Shown: positions 1 through 10,336, counted from the first letter of the stretch. The stretch is DNA of 64,000 nt from an uncultured Pelagibacteraceae bacterium (GCA_902573905.1 CACGLL010000002.1:17636-81635), one strand, 5' to 3'. Program-made: numbers and translations. The notes: a model not told the origin generated them from the letters alone.

Positions 1-1
1 T

Positions 2-1321
2 CTTCATGATAGGCAAAATAAAAAACACAAAAATGAAATGTCAAAACAAAATTTTCCCGCTATTGACCTAATAGTTGTTAACTTTTATCCTTTTCAGAAA
101 ATTGTTTTAAACTCAAAAAATCCAAAAAAAATTATTGAAAATATTGATATTGGTGGACCAACAATGGTAAGGGCCGCAGCAAAAAACTTTAGTAACGTAA
201 TAATTATAACAAGCAAAGATGATTATGGATCTTTAATAAAAGAATTAGAAAATCTTAAAGGGAAAACCTCCCTAAAATTCAGAGAATTAATGTCCTCAAA
301 AGCATTTGGGTTAACAGCATATTATGATGCAATGATTGCCAATTGGTTTAATAAAAAACTTAAAATTGAATTTCCTGAGAGAAAAACAATTTTTGGTAAA
401 AAATTGCAAAATTTGAGATATGGTGAAAATCCGCATCAACAAAGTTCAATTTATGTAAATGACTATAATGACAAACATTTAAAATTTGATCAAATTCATG
501 GTAAAGAGCTGAGCTTCAACAATTACAATGATATGTTTGCCTCATTAGAAATTTTAAATTCTTTAAAGAAAAATTCTGGAACAGTTATTATTAAACATGC
601 GAACCCTTGTGGTGTATCAGAAAATAAAGTTCCTTTAATCTCTTTTAAAAATGCTTATGCTTCAGATCCTATTAGTGCATTTGGTAGTGTTGTAGCTTGT
701 AACTATAGGATTAATAAAAAAGAAGCCTTAGAAATAAATAAAAACTTTTTAGAAGTTATTCTTGCTAAAGGATTTAATAAAGATGCCTTGAATATTCTTA
801 AAAAAAAGAAAAATTTAAGAATTATTGATATCTCTAATTTTAATCTAAAAAATCTCTCTTCTATAAAAACATTTGATGGTTCTTTTTTAATACAAAGTAA
901 AGATAATATTGTAATAGATAAAAAAAAATTGAAATGCGTTACTAAATTAAAACCAAACAAAAAAGAATTAGATGAAATAAAATTTGCATTTAATATTTGT
1001 AAATATGTAAAATCTAATGCAATAGTATTATGTAATAATTTTTCAACAATCGGTATTGGGGCAGGTCAACCAAGCAGATTGGATAGTTGTAAGATTGCCG
1101 TGCAAAAAGCAAAACAGTTTCAATCTTTAAAAATAAAAAGCTCAGTAGCAGCGTCGGACGCATTCTTTCCTTTTGCTGATGGAATAAATGCCCTAATTAA
1201 AGCAGGTGTTAAAATAATTGTGCAACCAGGTGGTTCAGTTAGAGATCAGGAAGTTATTAATGCTGCCAATAAAGCTAAAATAAAAATGGTTTTTACCAGC
1301 ATCAGACACTTCAATCATTAA
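2..1321 (+). CDS. purH: Bifunctional AICAR transformylase/IMP cyclohydrolase (5' truncated by window edge)
   Basis: Motifs IENIDIGGPTMVRAAAKN, LRYGENPHQ, IKHANPCG, ASDAFFPF, QPGGSVRD, RHFNH; frame is open back to the window start. Confidence 0.97.
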   Translation, partial: LHDRQNKKHKNEMSKQNFPAIDLIVVNFYPFQKIVLNSKNPKKIIENIDIGGPTMVRAAAKNFSNVIIITSKDDYGSLIKELENLKGKTSLKFRELMSSKAFGLTAYYDAMIANWFNKKLKIEFPERKTIFGKKLQNLRYGENPHQQSSIYVNDYNDKHLKFDQIHGKELSFNNYNDMFASLEILNSLKKNSGTVIIKHANPCGVSENKVPLISFKNAYASDPISAFGSVVACNYRINKKEALEINKNFLEVILAKGFNKDALNILKKKKNLRIIDISNFNLKNLSSIKTFDGSFLIQSKDNIVIDKKKLKCVTKLKPNKKELDEIKFAFNICKYVKSNAIVLCNNFSTIGIGAGQPSRLDSCKIAVQKAKQFQSLKIKSSVAASDAFFPFADGINALIKAGVKIIVQPGGSVRDQEVINAANKAKIKMVFTSIRHFNH

Positions 1322-1656
1322 TCTAATTTATCAATTTTTGCTGCTAATATAAAATCACTCTCAGCTAATCCTTTGATAGCATGGGTATAAATTTTTACCT
1401 TACAATAGGCCCAACCAAAGGAAATATCTGGATGATGATTTTCTTGTTCGGCTATTTCTCCAACTTTATTAACAAAATTTAAACTTTCGTCAAAGTTCTT
1501 AAATTTAAAATTTTTTATTAAATAAAAGCTTTTATCCTCATTGCTTTTTACATCCCAATCATCAATTTTTTTTAAGTACTTATGTATTTCACTAGTATCA
1601 AATGGTAGAATATTACCATCGCATGCAACACATTTTTTTTTGGATAAATCTTCCAT
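1318..1656 (-). CDS. phhB: Pterin-4-alpha-carbinolamine dehydratase
   Basis: AEQENHHPDI and THAIKGLAESDFILAAKID motifs; start reset to ATG 1656 because the listed ORF extends into the tRNA. Confidence 0.93.
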   Translation of the reverse strand: MEDLSKKKCVACDGNILPFDTSEIHKYLKKIDDWDVKSNEDKSFYLIKNFKFKNFDESLNFVNKVGEIAEQENHHPDISFGWAYCKVKIYTHAIKGLAESDFILAAKIDKLD

Positions 1657-1661
1657 AATTT

Positions 1662-1736
1662 TGGAGCGGGCAAAGGGGTTCGAACCCTCGACCTTCTCGT
1701 TGGCAACGAGACGCTCTACCACTGAGCTATGCCCGC
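1662..1736 (-). tRNA. tRNA-Gly(GCC), CCA encoded
   Basis: GCGGGCATAGCTCAGTGGTAGAGCGTCTCGTTGCCAACGAGAAGGTCGAGGGTTCGAACCCCTTTGCCCGCTCCA; anticodon arm TCTCG-TTGCCAA-CGAGA, GTTCGAA T-loop. Confidence 0.98.
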
Positions 1737-1745
1737 AATAAAATT

Positions 1746-1775
1746 ATTATAGTATAGGCTGCAACAAATGGTCAA
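1746..1775 (-). promoter_or_regulatory. Sigma70-type promoter for tRNA-Gly/phhB
   Basis: TTGACC-N18-TATAAT ending 9 nt upstream of the tRNA 5' end. Confidence 0.65.
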
Positions 1776-1827
1776 CTATTATAAAATGCCGCTACCCGCA
1801 AGTTATTTTTTTTTATATAATATAACT

Positions 1828-2445
1828 ATGAAAAGTTTACCTTCCATCCTTCCTGTATTTCCATTAAGTGGAGTAATTTATTTTCCTAAGACTAACTTGC
1901 CATTAAATATATTCGAAGAAAGATATTTAAATTTAGTTAATGATGCTTATGAAAGAGATAAATTAATGGGCATGGTTCAATCTAAAAAAGAAAGCGGAAG
2001 TGTTTATCAAGTAGGTTGTTTGGGTAAGATAAGTGATTATCAAAAAAGTAAAGATGGTAGAATTTTAATAAACCTTACAGGCATTTCAAGGTTTAAAATT
2101 TTGGAGGAAATCTCCAACGATAAATTATACCGAGAATTTAAGGTCGATTATAAAGATTTTAATGAAGATAATATCGAGACAAACAATCTGATTGATACAA
2201 AGTCTTTAATGGATAATACAAAAAAATTTTTTAAGAGAAATGGACTTTTATTAAATTGGAAAGAATTTGAAAAGTTAGATCAATCTCAGAAAATTAATAC
2301 TTTGGCGATGATTGCTCCGATTACTAATGAAGAAAAACAAAAATTATTAGAGTCAAAATCTTTAAAAAACAAGGTTGAAACACTAGAGAGTATAATTAGT
2401 TTTTATTTACACGAAACGAATTTCAACAATCAAACGGTACAATAA
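1828..2445 (+). CDS. Lon protease N-terminal substrate-binding domain protein (no ATPase/protease domain)
   Basis: LPVFPLSGVIYFPKTNLPLNIFEERY, VGCLGKI, DGRILINLTGISRF, EKQKLLE; ATG 1828 preferred. Confidence 0.9.
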   Translation: MKSLPSILPVFPLSGVIYFPKTNLPLNIFEERYLNLVNDAYERDKLMGMVQSKKESGSVYQVGCLGKISDYQKSKDGRILINLTGISRFKILEEISNDKLYREFKVDYKDFNEDNIETNNLIDTKSLMDNTKKFFKRNGLLLNWKEFEKLDQSQKINTLAMIAPITNEEKQKLLESKSLKNKVETLESIISFYLHETNFNNQTVQ

Positions 2446-2447
2446 TA

Positions 2448-3722
2448 TTAATTCGCAGATTTGTTCATTGAGTCAAAGAAGTCGGCATTATTTTTTGTAT
2501 TTTTTAATTTTGCTATTAGAAACTCGATTCCATCCATAGTACCCATTGGACTAATTATTCTTCTTAGAACGTTCATTTTAGAAAGGTCATCTTTTTGGAA
2601 TAACAACTCTTCTCTTCTTGTTCCTGATCTCGTTATATCAAGTGCTGGGTAAATTCTTTTATCTGCTACTTTTCTATCAAGAATCAATTCTGAATTACCT
2701 GTTCCTTTAAATTCTTCAAATATCACTTCGTCCATCCTACTTCCTGTGTCGATTAAAGCTGTAGAAATAATAGTTAATGAACCACCTTCTTCTACATTAC
2801 GGGCTGCACCAAAAAATCTTTTAGGTCTTTGAAGTGCATTAGCATCAACACCACCAGTTAAAACTTTTCCCGAGCTTGGTATAACAGCATTGTAAGCCCT
2901 TCCTAATCTTGTTATCGAGTCTAATAAAATTACTACGTCTTTCTTATGTTCAACCAATCTCTTGGCCTTTTCGATTACCATCTCTGCTACGGCTACGTGC
3001 CTTGAAGCTGGTTCATCAAATGTTGATGCTACTACTTCACCTTTTACCGATCTTTGCATATCTGTTACCTCTTCTGGTCTTTCGTCTATTAGAAGGACCA
3101 TTAAATAACATTCAGGATGATTTGCTGTAATCGATTGGGCAATGTTTTGAAGAATTATTGTTTTACCAGCTCGTGGTGGTGAAACGATTAATGAACGTTG
3201 TCCTTTACCAATTGGACTAACCAAATCTATAAGTCTTGCGGTATTATCAGGTTTTTTTTCAACTTTTGTGCTTTCAACTTCTAGCTTTATCCTCTCATTT
3301 GGATAAAGGGGCGTTAAGTTATCAAACGCAATTTTATTTTTTCCTTTTTCAGGTTCATCAAAATTTATTTTATTTACTTTTAACAGAGCAAAATATCTTT
3401 CCGCATCTTTTGGCCCTCTAATTTCCCCTTCTACTGAATCTCCTGTTCTTAAACCAAATCTTCTAATTTGGCTTGGACTTACATAAATATCATCAGGTCC
3501 TGGCAAATAATTAGATTCAATTGCTCTAAGAAATCCAAAACCGTCTTGCAATACTTCTAGCACACCTGTAGCTGTAATTTGCTCATTCTTTTCTGCTAAT
3601 TTCTTTAATATAGCAAAGAGAATTTCCTGTTTTCTTAGTGTGCTTGGGTTCTCAATCCCAAGCTTTTCTGCCTCATTAATAAGTTCGGCCGGGTTCTTTT
3701 GTTTTAATTCTTGTAAGTTCAT
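2448..3722 (-). CDS. rho: Transcription termination factor Rho
   Basis: [29 protein letters not shown]-loop, [11 protein letters not shown]. Confidence 0.99.
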   Translation of the reverse strand: MNLQELKQKNPAELINEAEKLGIENPSTLRKQEILFAILKKLAEKNEQITATGVLEVLQDGFGFLRAIESNYLPGPDDIYVSPSQIRRFGLRTGDSVEGEIRGPKDAERYFALLKVNKINFDEPEKGKNKIAFDNLTPLYPNERIKLEVESTKVEKKPDNTARLIDLVSPIGKGQRSLIVSPPRAGKTIILQNIAQSITANHPECYLMVLLIDERPEEVTDMQRSVKGEVVASTFDEPASRHVAVAEMVIEKAKRLVEHKKDVVILLDSITRLGRAYNAVIPSSGKVLTGGVDANALQRPKRFFGAARNVEEGGSLTIISTALIDTGSRMDEVIFEEFKGTGNSELILDRKVADKRIYPALDITRSGTRREELLFQKDDLSKMNVLRRIISPMGTMDGIEFLIAKLKNTKNNADFFDSMNKSAN

Positions 3723-3754
3723 GTGATTGCGTTGATTATTTGGGAAGTATTAAA

Positions 3755-3783
3755 AATATATGTTTTTTTTAGAAAAATTCAAG
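3755..3783 (-). promoter_or_regulatory. Putative promoter for rho
   Basis: CTTGAA-N17-TATATT in the hemJ-rho gap, similar to alphaproteobacterial CTTG...TATAT promoters. Confidence 0.4.
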
Positions 3784-3788
3784 ACCTT

Positions 3789-4220
3789 TTATAATGGTTT
3801 AAAAATAACAAGAAATACGACAACAATGAGTATAATTGTAGGTACCTCGTTAATAATTCTAAAGTACTTAGAAGGTTTAGTATTATTATCTATTGCAAAT
3901 TGTCCAAGATATTTTCCAAGTAAAAAATGATAAAAAGTTAATATAATAACTAATGCTGTTTTTAATTGCATCCACAATTCAGAAAAAATACTAAATCCAA
4001 GACTGTGTATTAATAAAATGCCAAACAACCAAGATAACAACATAGCCGGCATCATGATATAATTATAAAGTTTTCTTTCCATTATCTTAAATATTGTTTT
4101 CTGAGACTCATGATCTGCCTCTGAATGATAAACAAATATTCTCGGCAAATATAAAAGTCCTGCCATCCATGAAACAACTGCTATAAGATGTAAGGATTTG
4201 AACAGGAGGTAAGTATTCAT
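3789..4220 (-). CDS. hemJ: Protoporphyrinogen oxidase HemJ
   Basis: KSLHLIAVVSWMAGLLYLPRIFVYH, MERKLY, RIINEVPT, KP end; hem cluster. Confidence 0.96.
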   Translation of the reverse strand: MNTYLLFKSLHLIAVVSWMAGLLYLPRIFVYHSEADHESQKTIFKIMERKLYNYIMMPAMLLSWLFGILLIHSLGFSIFSELWMQLKTALVIILTFYHFLLGKYLGQFAIDNNTKPSKYFRIINEVPTIILIVVVFLVIFKPL

Positions 4221-4222
4221 TT

Positions 4223-5215
4223 TTAAATATATTTTTTAACTAGCTTTTCAAACAAGTTAATATGATCTGTATTATCATTTAGGCATGGTATTAAATCGAA
4301 ATTTTCACCACCATTATCCATAAAGCTTTCTCTTCCCTGAATATCAATTTCCTCTAAGGTTTCTACACAGTCAGAAGCGAAACCTGGGCAGATAACTAAT
4401 AAATTTTTGACACCTTTACTAGGCAAGCTTTCTAAAGTTTTATCTGTGTAAGGTGTTAACCACTCTTGTGGACCAAACCTAGACTGAAAAGTAGTCTGTA
4501 TATCTATTTCATTAAAGTTCTCTTTCATGAGTCTTGTTGTTTTATGACAATAACAATGATAAGGATCCCCTTTATCAAAATATTTTTTTGGAATACCATG
4601 ATATGAAGAAATAATTAAATCTGGTTTCCAATTTATGCTTCCTAATTTTTCCTTAACACTTTTTATAAGCGCATCTATGTATATTGGCTCACTTTCATAA
4701 TGAGGTATAACCTGTAAACTTGGCTGCCACCTCATGCCCATAAGTGATCTGTAAACCTCATCACAAACAGTTGCTGTTGTTGCAGCTGCATATTGTGGGT
4801 ACAAAGGAAGAATAATTATATTTTCACACCCAGCATCTTTAAGAATATTTAGTTTTGATTTTATACTAGGGTTTCCATATCTCATTGCGAAATCGACAAA
4901 AATTTTTTCATTTCCTATTTTTTTATTTAATTTTTCTGCCTGGTTCCTAGTAAAGTAAAGCAGTGGAGACTCGTTTGATTCTTTTCTCCAAATTTTTTTG
5001 TATGCGTGTGCTGTTTTAGACGGTCTAAAGGTGAGTATAAATAAGTTTAAAATAATTTGCCACAATATAGGGTTAACCTCTATTACCCTTCTGTCAGATA
5101 AAAATTCCTTTAAATATTTCCTTATATCCCACCAGCTCGTGGAGTCTGGTGTTCCTAAATTTATTAAAAGGACACCTGTTTTACCAAATTTTACTTCTGG
5201 ATGATCGTTTTGCAT
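4223..5215 (-). CDS. hemH: Ferrochelatase
   Basis: LINLGTPD, MRYGNPS, LYPQY, SYHGIP, FQSRFGPQEWLTPYT, FASDCVETLEEI. Confidence 0.98.
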   Translation of the reverse strand: MQNDHPEVKFGKTGVLLINLGTPDSTSWWDIRKYLKEFLSDRRVIEVNPILWQIILNLFILTFRPSKTAHAYKKIWRKESNESPLLYFTRNQAEKLNKKIGNEKIFVDFAMRYGNPSIKSKLNILKDAGCENIIILPLYPQYAAATTATVCDEVYRSLMGMRWQPSLQVIPHYESEPIYIDALIKSVKEKLGSINWKPDLIISSYHGIPKKYFDKGDPYHCYCHKTTRLMKENFNEIDIQTTFQSRFGPQEWLTPYTDKTLESLPSKGVKNLLVICPGFASDCVETLEEIDIQGRESFMDNGGENFDLIPCLNDNTDHINLFEKLVKKYI

Positions 5216-6222
5216 TATTGATATTCTCTATAAAATTTTATTAGTTTATTTACTTTGTCTGGGTTTGTTTCTGGTAGCATACCATGTCCTAGATTAAAAA
5301 CATAAGGCAAACCTTTGAATGCGTCTAAATATTTTTTAGTATTACTGTAGATTTCTTCATCTGGTAATAATAAGATTTTTGGATTTAACCCTCCTTGGAT
5401 TACTGTGTCTTTCAGGTTTTCCTTAGCCCACTTAGGATCAATATTATAATCAATATTTATTCCATCTGGTTTTACTAAATTATTAAAATCTTTATAATTT
5501 TTTTTAATACCTCTTGGAAAACAAATTACAGGTATTTCTTTCTTTCTACAAAACTCTACAATTTTTGAATTTGGCGAATAACAAAAGTTGTTAAGATCTT
5601 CTTGAGGTATTAATCCGGCCCAAGAATCAAAAATTTGGACAACGTCAGCTCCTGCTCTAACTTGATTTTCGATATGTAAACAAAGATAATTGATTAACTT
5701 TTCTAATATAAGATCAATTTCATTTTTTTTTTTATTAATTATTTCTAAATCAATTTCATTTTTATTTTGTTTTACTCCGATCATGTAAACTAATAAAGTC
5801 CATGGGGCTCCAATGAAAGATATTAATGATTTTTCTTTATTTAATTTTTTTCTAGTTATTTCTATCGCTTTATAAACTGGTTTAAGTTTTTTAATAAAAT
5901 CAAGATCATTATTTTTTAAAAATTTATCTAAATTAAAATTTTCTAATCTTGGTCCATGATTTTTTAAAAATTCAACTTTCTGATTAAGTGCATAAGGTAC
6001 CATCAAAATATCAGAAAATATTATTGCAGAGTCTAAGTTAAATCTATTGATGGGTTGTAGGGTTATCTTTGAGCTTAACTCGCTATTTAAGCAAAGATTA
6101 ATAAAATTTTGATTTTGTAATCTAATTTCTCGAAATTCAGGTAAATAACGTCCTGCTTGTCTCATAAACCAAACTGATTTACAAATGTTTTTATTTATTA
6201 ATATTTCTTTAAGATTACTCAT
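5215..6222 (-). CDS. hemE: Uroporphyrinogen decarboxylase
   Basis: WFMRQAGRYLPE, AIIFSDIL, GAPWTL, QIFDSWAG, FNLGHG. Confidence 0.98.
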   Translation of the reverse strand: MSNLKEILINKNICKSVWFMRQAGRYLPEFREIRLQNQNFINLCLNSELSSKITLQPINRFNLDSAIIFSDILMVPYALNQKVEFLKNHGPRLENFNLDKFLKNNDLDFIKKLKPVYKAIEITRKKLNKEKSLISFIGAPWTLLVYMIGVKQNKNEIDLEIINKKKNEIDLILEKLINYLCLHIENQVRAGADVVQIFDSWAGLIPQEDLNNFCYSPNSKIVEFCRKKEIPVICFPRGIKKNYKDFNNLVKPDGINIDYNIDPKWAKENLKDTVIQGGLNPKILLLPDEEIYSNTKKYLDAFKGLPYVFNLGHGMLPETNPDKVNKLIKFYREYQ

Positions 6223-6493
6223 TAAATAATAAAATTTTTTAAGTGTAATAAATGCTTTAGGTCCTGTTACTTAGTTATATAACGAATTATACACTTTTTA
6301 TACATAGGACCATTAATAACTATGCTTGATATATGTGACTTTAGAACGTTTATTAATTTTATAAACATCAAAAAAACCAAATTATTAACATTCAACAAAA
6401 TGTTCAAATAGTGTTAATTAATGTTAGTTATTTTTTCTTCTTTTTTTTTAAATATGTAGAAAACTAACTAATTAATATTTTATTAACAAAGTT
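6223..6493. other. Candidate chromosomal replication origin (oriC)
   Basis: Longest intergenic region of the window; lies between divergent hemE and ppsR(DUF299), the conserved oriC position in Caulobacter/Rickettsia/rhizobia; several one-mismatch DnaA-box-like 9-mers (6287, 6298, 6359, 6382, 6480 on +; 6455 on -). Confidence 0.7.
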
Positions 6494-7312
6494 ATGAACG
6501 AAAAATACAATGTATATCTTGTGTCTGACTCAACCGGTGAAACATTAGATAGAATTTTTTTATCTCTTAAATCTCAATTTGCTAACTTTGAGTATGATAA
6601 GAAAGAATTTGCTTTTGTTAGAACTGAGCAGCAAATTGATAAAATCATTAATGAATGTGACCAAATAGATAATACTATAATATTATATACAATCGTTGAG
6701 TCTAAATTGGCTAAATATCTGGCAAATCAAAGCGAAAAATTTTCTGTTCCTTGTTTTGGTGTTCTAGGAAACTTAATATTAAGCTTTTCTAAATTACTTA
6801 ACCAAAAAGCTATACATAAACCAAGCGCTCAACACGTCTTAGATGAAGACTATTATAAAAGAATAGAGGCTATACAATTTACGATGTCACATGATGACGG
6901 AAAGAAAGTAGATGACATTATTAATGCAGATGTAATTTTGTTAGGTGTGAGTAGAACCAGCAAAACTCCAACTTCTATATATTTAGCTAATAGAGGATAT
7001 AAAACAGTTAACATCCCTTTAGTACTAGATCAAAAAATACCTGAAAATTTAAAGTCTAATAATATTTCTTGTATAATAGGTTTGGTGGCAGACCCGGAAA
7101 GATTATGTGATATTAGAAGAAATAGAGTAGCTATAATGAAAGATCAAAAACTTAAAGAGTATACAGATTTAGATTCAATTAAAAAAGAGGTTGAGGATTC
7201 TAAAAAACTTTTTAAAAAAAATAATTGGCCAATAATTGATGTTACGAGGAGATCTGTAGAAGAGACAGCTGCTTCGATCCTAAAAATTATTGATATTAAA
7301 AAAAATAAATGA
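6494..7312 (+). CDS. ppsR: PEP synthase/PPDK regulatory kinase-pyrophosphorylase (DUF299)
   Basis: LVSDSTGET, HDDG, GVSRTSKTPTSIYLANRG, IDVTRRSVEETA. Confidence 0.95.
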   Translation: MNEKYNVYLVSDSTGETLDRIFLSLKSQFANFEYDKKEFAFVRTEQQIDKIINECDQIDNTIILYTIVESKLAKYLANQSEKFSVPCFGVLGNLILSFSKLLNQKAIHKPSAQHVLDEDYYKRIEAIQFTMSHDDGKKVDDIINADVILLGVSRTSKTPTSIYLANRGYKTVNIPLVLDQKIPENLKSNNISCIIGLVADPERLCDIRRNRVAIMKDQKLKEYTDLDSIKKEVEDSKKLFKKNNWPIIDVTRRSVEETAASILKIIDIKKNK

Positions 7313-7893
7313 AAATAATTTTAGCTTCTAAAAGTGGTGTTAGAAAACAAATTTTAGACAAATATAATATTGATAACGAGGTTATGGTTTCAAGTGTGGA
7401 CGAAGATGAAATTAAAAGCTCGCTTCTTGCTGAAGGAGCTGATCCATTGATTATTTCTAAAAATCTTGCTGAAATAAAATCTATTAAAGTAAGTAATAAA
7501 AATCCAGACCGTTTAGTGCTTGGTGCTGATAGTGTTGTTTCATTAAATAATGAATTAATTAATAAACCTAAATCAAGAGAAGAAGCCTTCTCAATTCTAA
7601 AAAAGCTTAACAATTCGATACACTACTTAATTAGTTCAGTTTGTATTTCTAAAAACGGGGCTATGATTTGGAATCATACCGACTCTTCAGAATTAAAAAT
7701 GAAAAATTTAGACGACTCTTTATTGTCAAAATATTTAGATAAAATAAAAACAGAAACATTATTAGCTTACGGAGTATACCAAATCGAGGCAGACGGATTA
7801 GAATTGTTTGATTATGTAAAAGGAGATAGAGATTCGATTATGGGTTTACCCATTAAAGAAATAATTAATTATATAGACCAATTCAAAAAATGA
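7309..7893 (+). CDS. maf: Maf-like nucleotide pyrophosphatase
   Basis: IILASKSGVR, VDE, LGADSVV, KPKSREEA, SIMGLP. Confidence 0.93.
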   Translation: MKIILASKSGVRKQILDKYNIDNEVMVSSVDEDEIKSSLLAEGADPLIISKNLAEIKSIKVSNKNPDRLVLGADSVVSLNNELINKPKSREEAFSILKKLNNSIHYLISSVCISKNGAMIWNHTDSSELKMKNLDDSLLSKYLDKIKTETLLAYGVYQIEADGLELFDYVKGDRDSIMGLPIKEIINYIDQFKK

Positions 7894-8708
7894 AAAAAAA
7901 ATTTGGAATTATTGGTAACCCAATCAAACATTCTTTGTCACCTTTGCTACATAAGTATTGGTTTGAAAAATACAATTTAGACGCAAGCTATTCGATAATA
8001 GAAGCAAAAGATGAAGATTTAAAAGATATTTTAAGAAAAATCAGAAATCATGAATTAACAGGCATTAATGTTACTTTACCTTTTAAACAAAAAATAATTA
8101 ATCAAACTGATAAGATCGTTAATGATGCTGAACTTACGGGATCAGTAAATACTATTTTGTTAGACAATGATAAAATTGTCGGTGAAAACACCGATGTATT
8201 TGGGTTACAGGCTGCATATCTTAAAGAGATTGATAGCAGCATACATAAGAGCGCTCTGGTTATTGGGGCAGGAGGAGTATCTCCTTCGGTTATTTTATCC
8301 CTTCAAAAATCAGGAGTTAAAGAAATTTCAATAACTAACCGAACTAATGAAAAATGTATATTTTTAAAAAAAAGATTTACCTATCTAAATATAGCTCCTT
8401 GGAAAAATTTAAAAGATGAAATAAAAAAATTTGATATAATTATTAACGCTACAAGTTTGGGCTTAAATAATGGAGATGATTTTAATTTCAACTTCTCAAG
8501 TACGAAAGAAAATGTTGTTTATATTGATACTATTTATAACCCGTTAGAAACAAAAACATATAAATTTCTCAAAGAAGAAGGCAGAAAGGTTTTCAATGGT
8601 CTTGATATGTTTATTTATCAAGGTCAAAAATCTTTTTATTTATGGAATAAAATTAATCCAGAAATTGATGATAAATTAATCGAACTATTGAATTCAAAAC
8701 TTAAATGA
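7890..8708 (+). CDS. aroE: Shikimate dehydrogenase
   Basis: HSLSP, NVTLPFK, GENTD, GAGGV, NATSLG, GLDMFIYQG. Confidence 0.96.
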   Translation: MKKKFGIIGNPIKHSLSPLLHKYWFEKYNLDASYSIIEAKDEDLKDILRKIRNHELTGINVTLPFKQKIINQTDKIVNDAELTGSVNTILLDNDKIVGENTDVFGLQAAYLKEIDSSIHKSALVIGAGGVSPSVILSLQKSGVKEISITNRTNEKCIFLKKRFTYLNIAPWKNLKDEIKKFDIIINATSLGLNNGDDFNFNFSSTKENVVYIDTIYNPLETKTYKFLKEEGRKVFNGLDMFIYQGQKSFYLWNKINPEIDDKLIELLNSKLK

Positions 8709-9271
8709 TCAAAATCGGTATCACAGGTTCTTTAGCATCAGGTAAATCTACAGCTAGCAAAATTTTGTCTGCAAAGCATGGTCCTTTATTTAGCGCTGAT
8801 AGTGCAGTCAAAGAACTCTATAAAAGTTCTAGTTTCAAAAACTTAATTAGCAAAAAGTTCAAAATAAAAAACAATAATCAAATTAAAAAAAATCTCAAAA
8901 ATATGATTTTTAATAATAGTGCTGAACTTAAAAAATTAGAAAAAATAATTCATCCTTTGGTAAGGAAAAAAATGAAAAAATTTACCGTTAAAAATAAAAA
9001 TAAAAAATTCTTATTTTATGAAATTCCACTTTTGATTGAGAGCAAGCTTATGAAATACTTTGATAAAATAATTTTTATAAAATCAAAAAAACAACTAAGA
9101 TTAAAAAGATTTAAGTCAAAGAATGGGGATAAAAAATTATTTAATTTGTTAAACAGTAAGCAAATGAGAGATAATAAAAAAATTAAGTTTTGCGATTACG
9201 TTGTTGTGAATGAAAAGAATTTAAAGATATTAAAAAAAAATCTATCAATTATAATATCTAAATATGAATGA
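8705..9271 (+). CDS. coaE: Dephospho-CoA kinase
   Basis: IGITGSLASGKST, LEKIIHPLV, EIPLLIE; aroE-coaE-dnaQ synteny. Confidence 0.94.
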   Translation: MIKIGITGSLASGKSTASKILSAKHGPLFSADSAVKELYKSSSFKNLISKKFKIKNNNQIKKNLKNMIFNNSAELKKLEKIIHPLVRKKMKKFTVKNKNKKFLFYEIPLLIESKLMKYFDKIIFIKSKKQLRLKRFKSKNGDKKLFNLLNSKQMRDNKKIKFCDYVVVNEKNLKILKKNLSIIISKYE

Positions 9272-9923
9272 AGTCTTTTTAGATACTGAAACTACAGGGT
9301 TGTCATTTAAAGAAGGCCATAGAGTTGTTGAGATTGCTTGTATTGAAACTAAAGATTTAATTCCTACAGGAAAGGTATTTCATAAATTGGTTAATCCAAA
9401 AAGAAGTGTGCCAAGTGAGGCATTTAAAGTTCATGGTTTTTCAGAAGAATTTTTAAAAGATAAAGATACATTCGATATCATCTCTGAAGAATTTTTAAAT
9501 TTTGTAAAAAACAAAAAAATCATAATTCATAATGCAACTTTTGATTTAGGATTCTTAGATGGAGAACTAGGATTACTTAAAAAAGAAAAAATAGATAGAA
9601 AATTAGTAATTGACTCATTAGAAGTCGCTAGAAATAAATTTCCTGGTACATCAAATTCACTAGATGCATTGTGTAAAAAGTTCAACATAGATCTTTCGCG
9701 AAGGACAAAACACAATGCTTTGTTAGATTGTGAGTTGTTAAGAGAAGTCTACATCAATTTATTAGATGCTAAAGAACCAAAATTTGATCTTTCTAATAAT
9801 ATTGAAGCTCAGCGTATAAACAAGACTAAAAATTATAACAAAACAATTGTGAAAATCTCAGAAAATGAAATAAAAAAACATGAAGACTTTTTAAAGTCGG
9901 AATTAAAAAAAAACTTTTATTGA
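9264..9923 (+). CDS. dnaQ: DNA polymerase III epsilon subunit
   Basis: LDTETTG, IHNATFDLGF, SLDALC, HNALLD. Confidence 0.97.
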   Translation: MNEVFLDTETTGLSFKEGHRVVEIACIETKDLIPTGKVFHKLVNPKRSVPSEAFKVHGFSEEFLKDKDTFDIISEEFLNFVKNKKIIIHNATFDLGFLDGELGLLKKEKIDRKLVIDSLEVARNKFPGTSNSLDALCKKFNIDLSRRTKHNALLDCELLREVYINLLDAKEPKFDLSNNIEAQRINKTKNYNKTIVKISENEIKKHEDFLKSELKKNFY

Positions 9924-10336
9924 ACCTTTCTCATCTTATATAATTTTTCAAAATCGATAGACTCATTTATTTTTACATCTTTAAAACCAGAATTTTCAAA
10001 TAAAAAAACAAAAATCTGTCTTAATTCAGAATAAATTTCACTTGGGATGTTTATTAATATAATTTTCTCCATTTCATCTTTTTGAATTTTTTCATTTTCT
10101 AACTCGACAATAGTAGCGTAAATGATTTTAGTATTTATTTTTTCAAAGTCATCTTTTATCGGCGTTAAGCTTAAACTGGTTAACACTTCAATTATATTTT
10201 TTTTAACTTGGGCACTTTTAATATCAATATTTATCTTGTAGTTAGATATACTTTTAGAGAGAAGAAAAAATATTTTTGGGTTAGGAATGTTAAAGTTTAA
10301 ATCCTTTATATATTTTCCAATTATTTTATAGCTCAT
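9917..10336 (-). CDS. secB: Protein-export chaperone SecB (divergent)
   Basis: KYIKDLNF...PN, LINIPSEIYSELRQI, SGF, IDFEKLY; dnaQ-secB-fxsA synteny. Confidence 0.85.
   Translation of the reverse strand: MSYKIIGKYIKDLNFNIPNPKIFFLLSKSISNYKINIDIKSAQVKKNIIEVLTSLSLTPIKDDFEKINTKIIYATIVELENEKIQKDEMEKIILINIPSEIYSELRQIFVFLFENSGFKDVKINESIDFEKLYKMRKVQ

Noticed and set aside
1657-1741. N-terminal extension of ORF 1318-1722 and ORF 1541-1741
   Set aside because: Both are read-throughs of the tRNA-Gly gene sequence
2443-2452. 10-nt near-inverted match between putative inversion junctions (AATATTAATT vs AATGAATATT at 21435)
   Set aside because: Short, nearly all A/T and mismatched; expected by chance, and crossover there would disrupt gene ends
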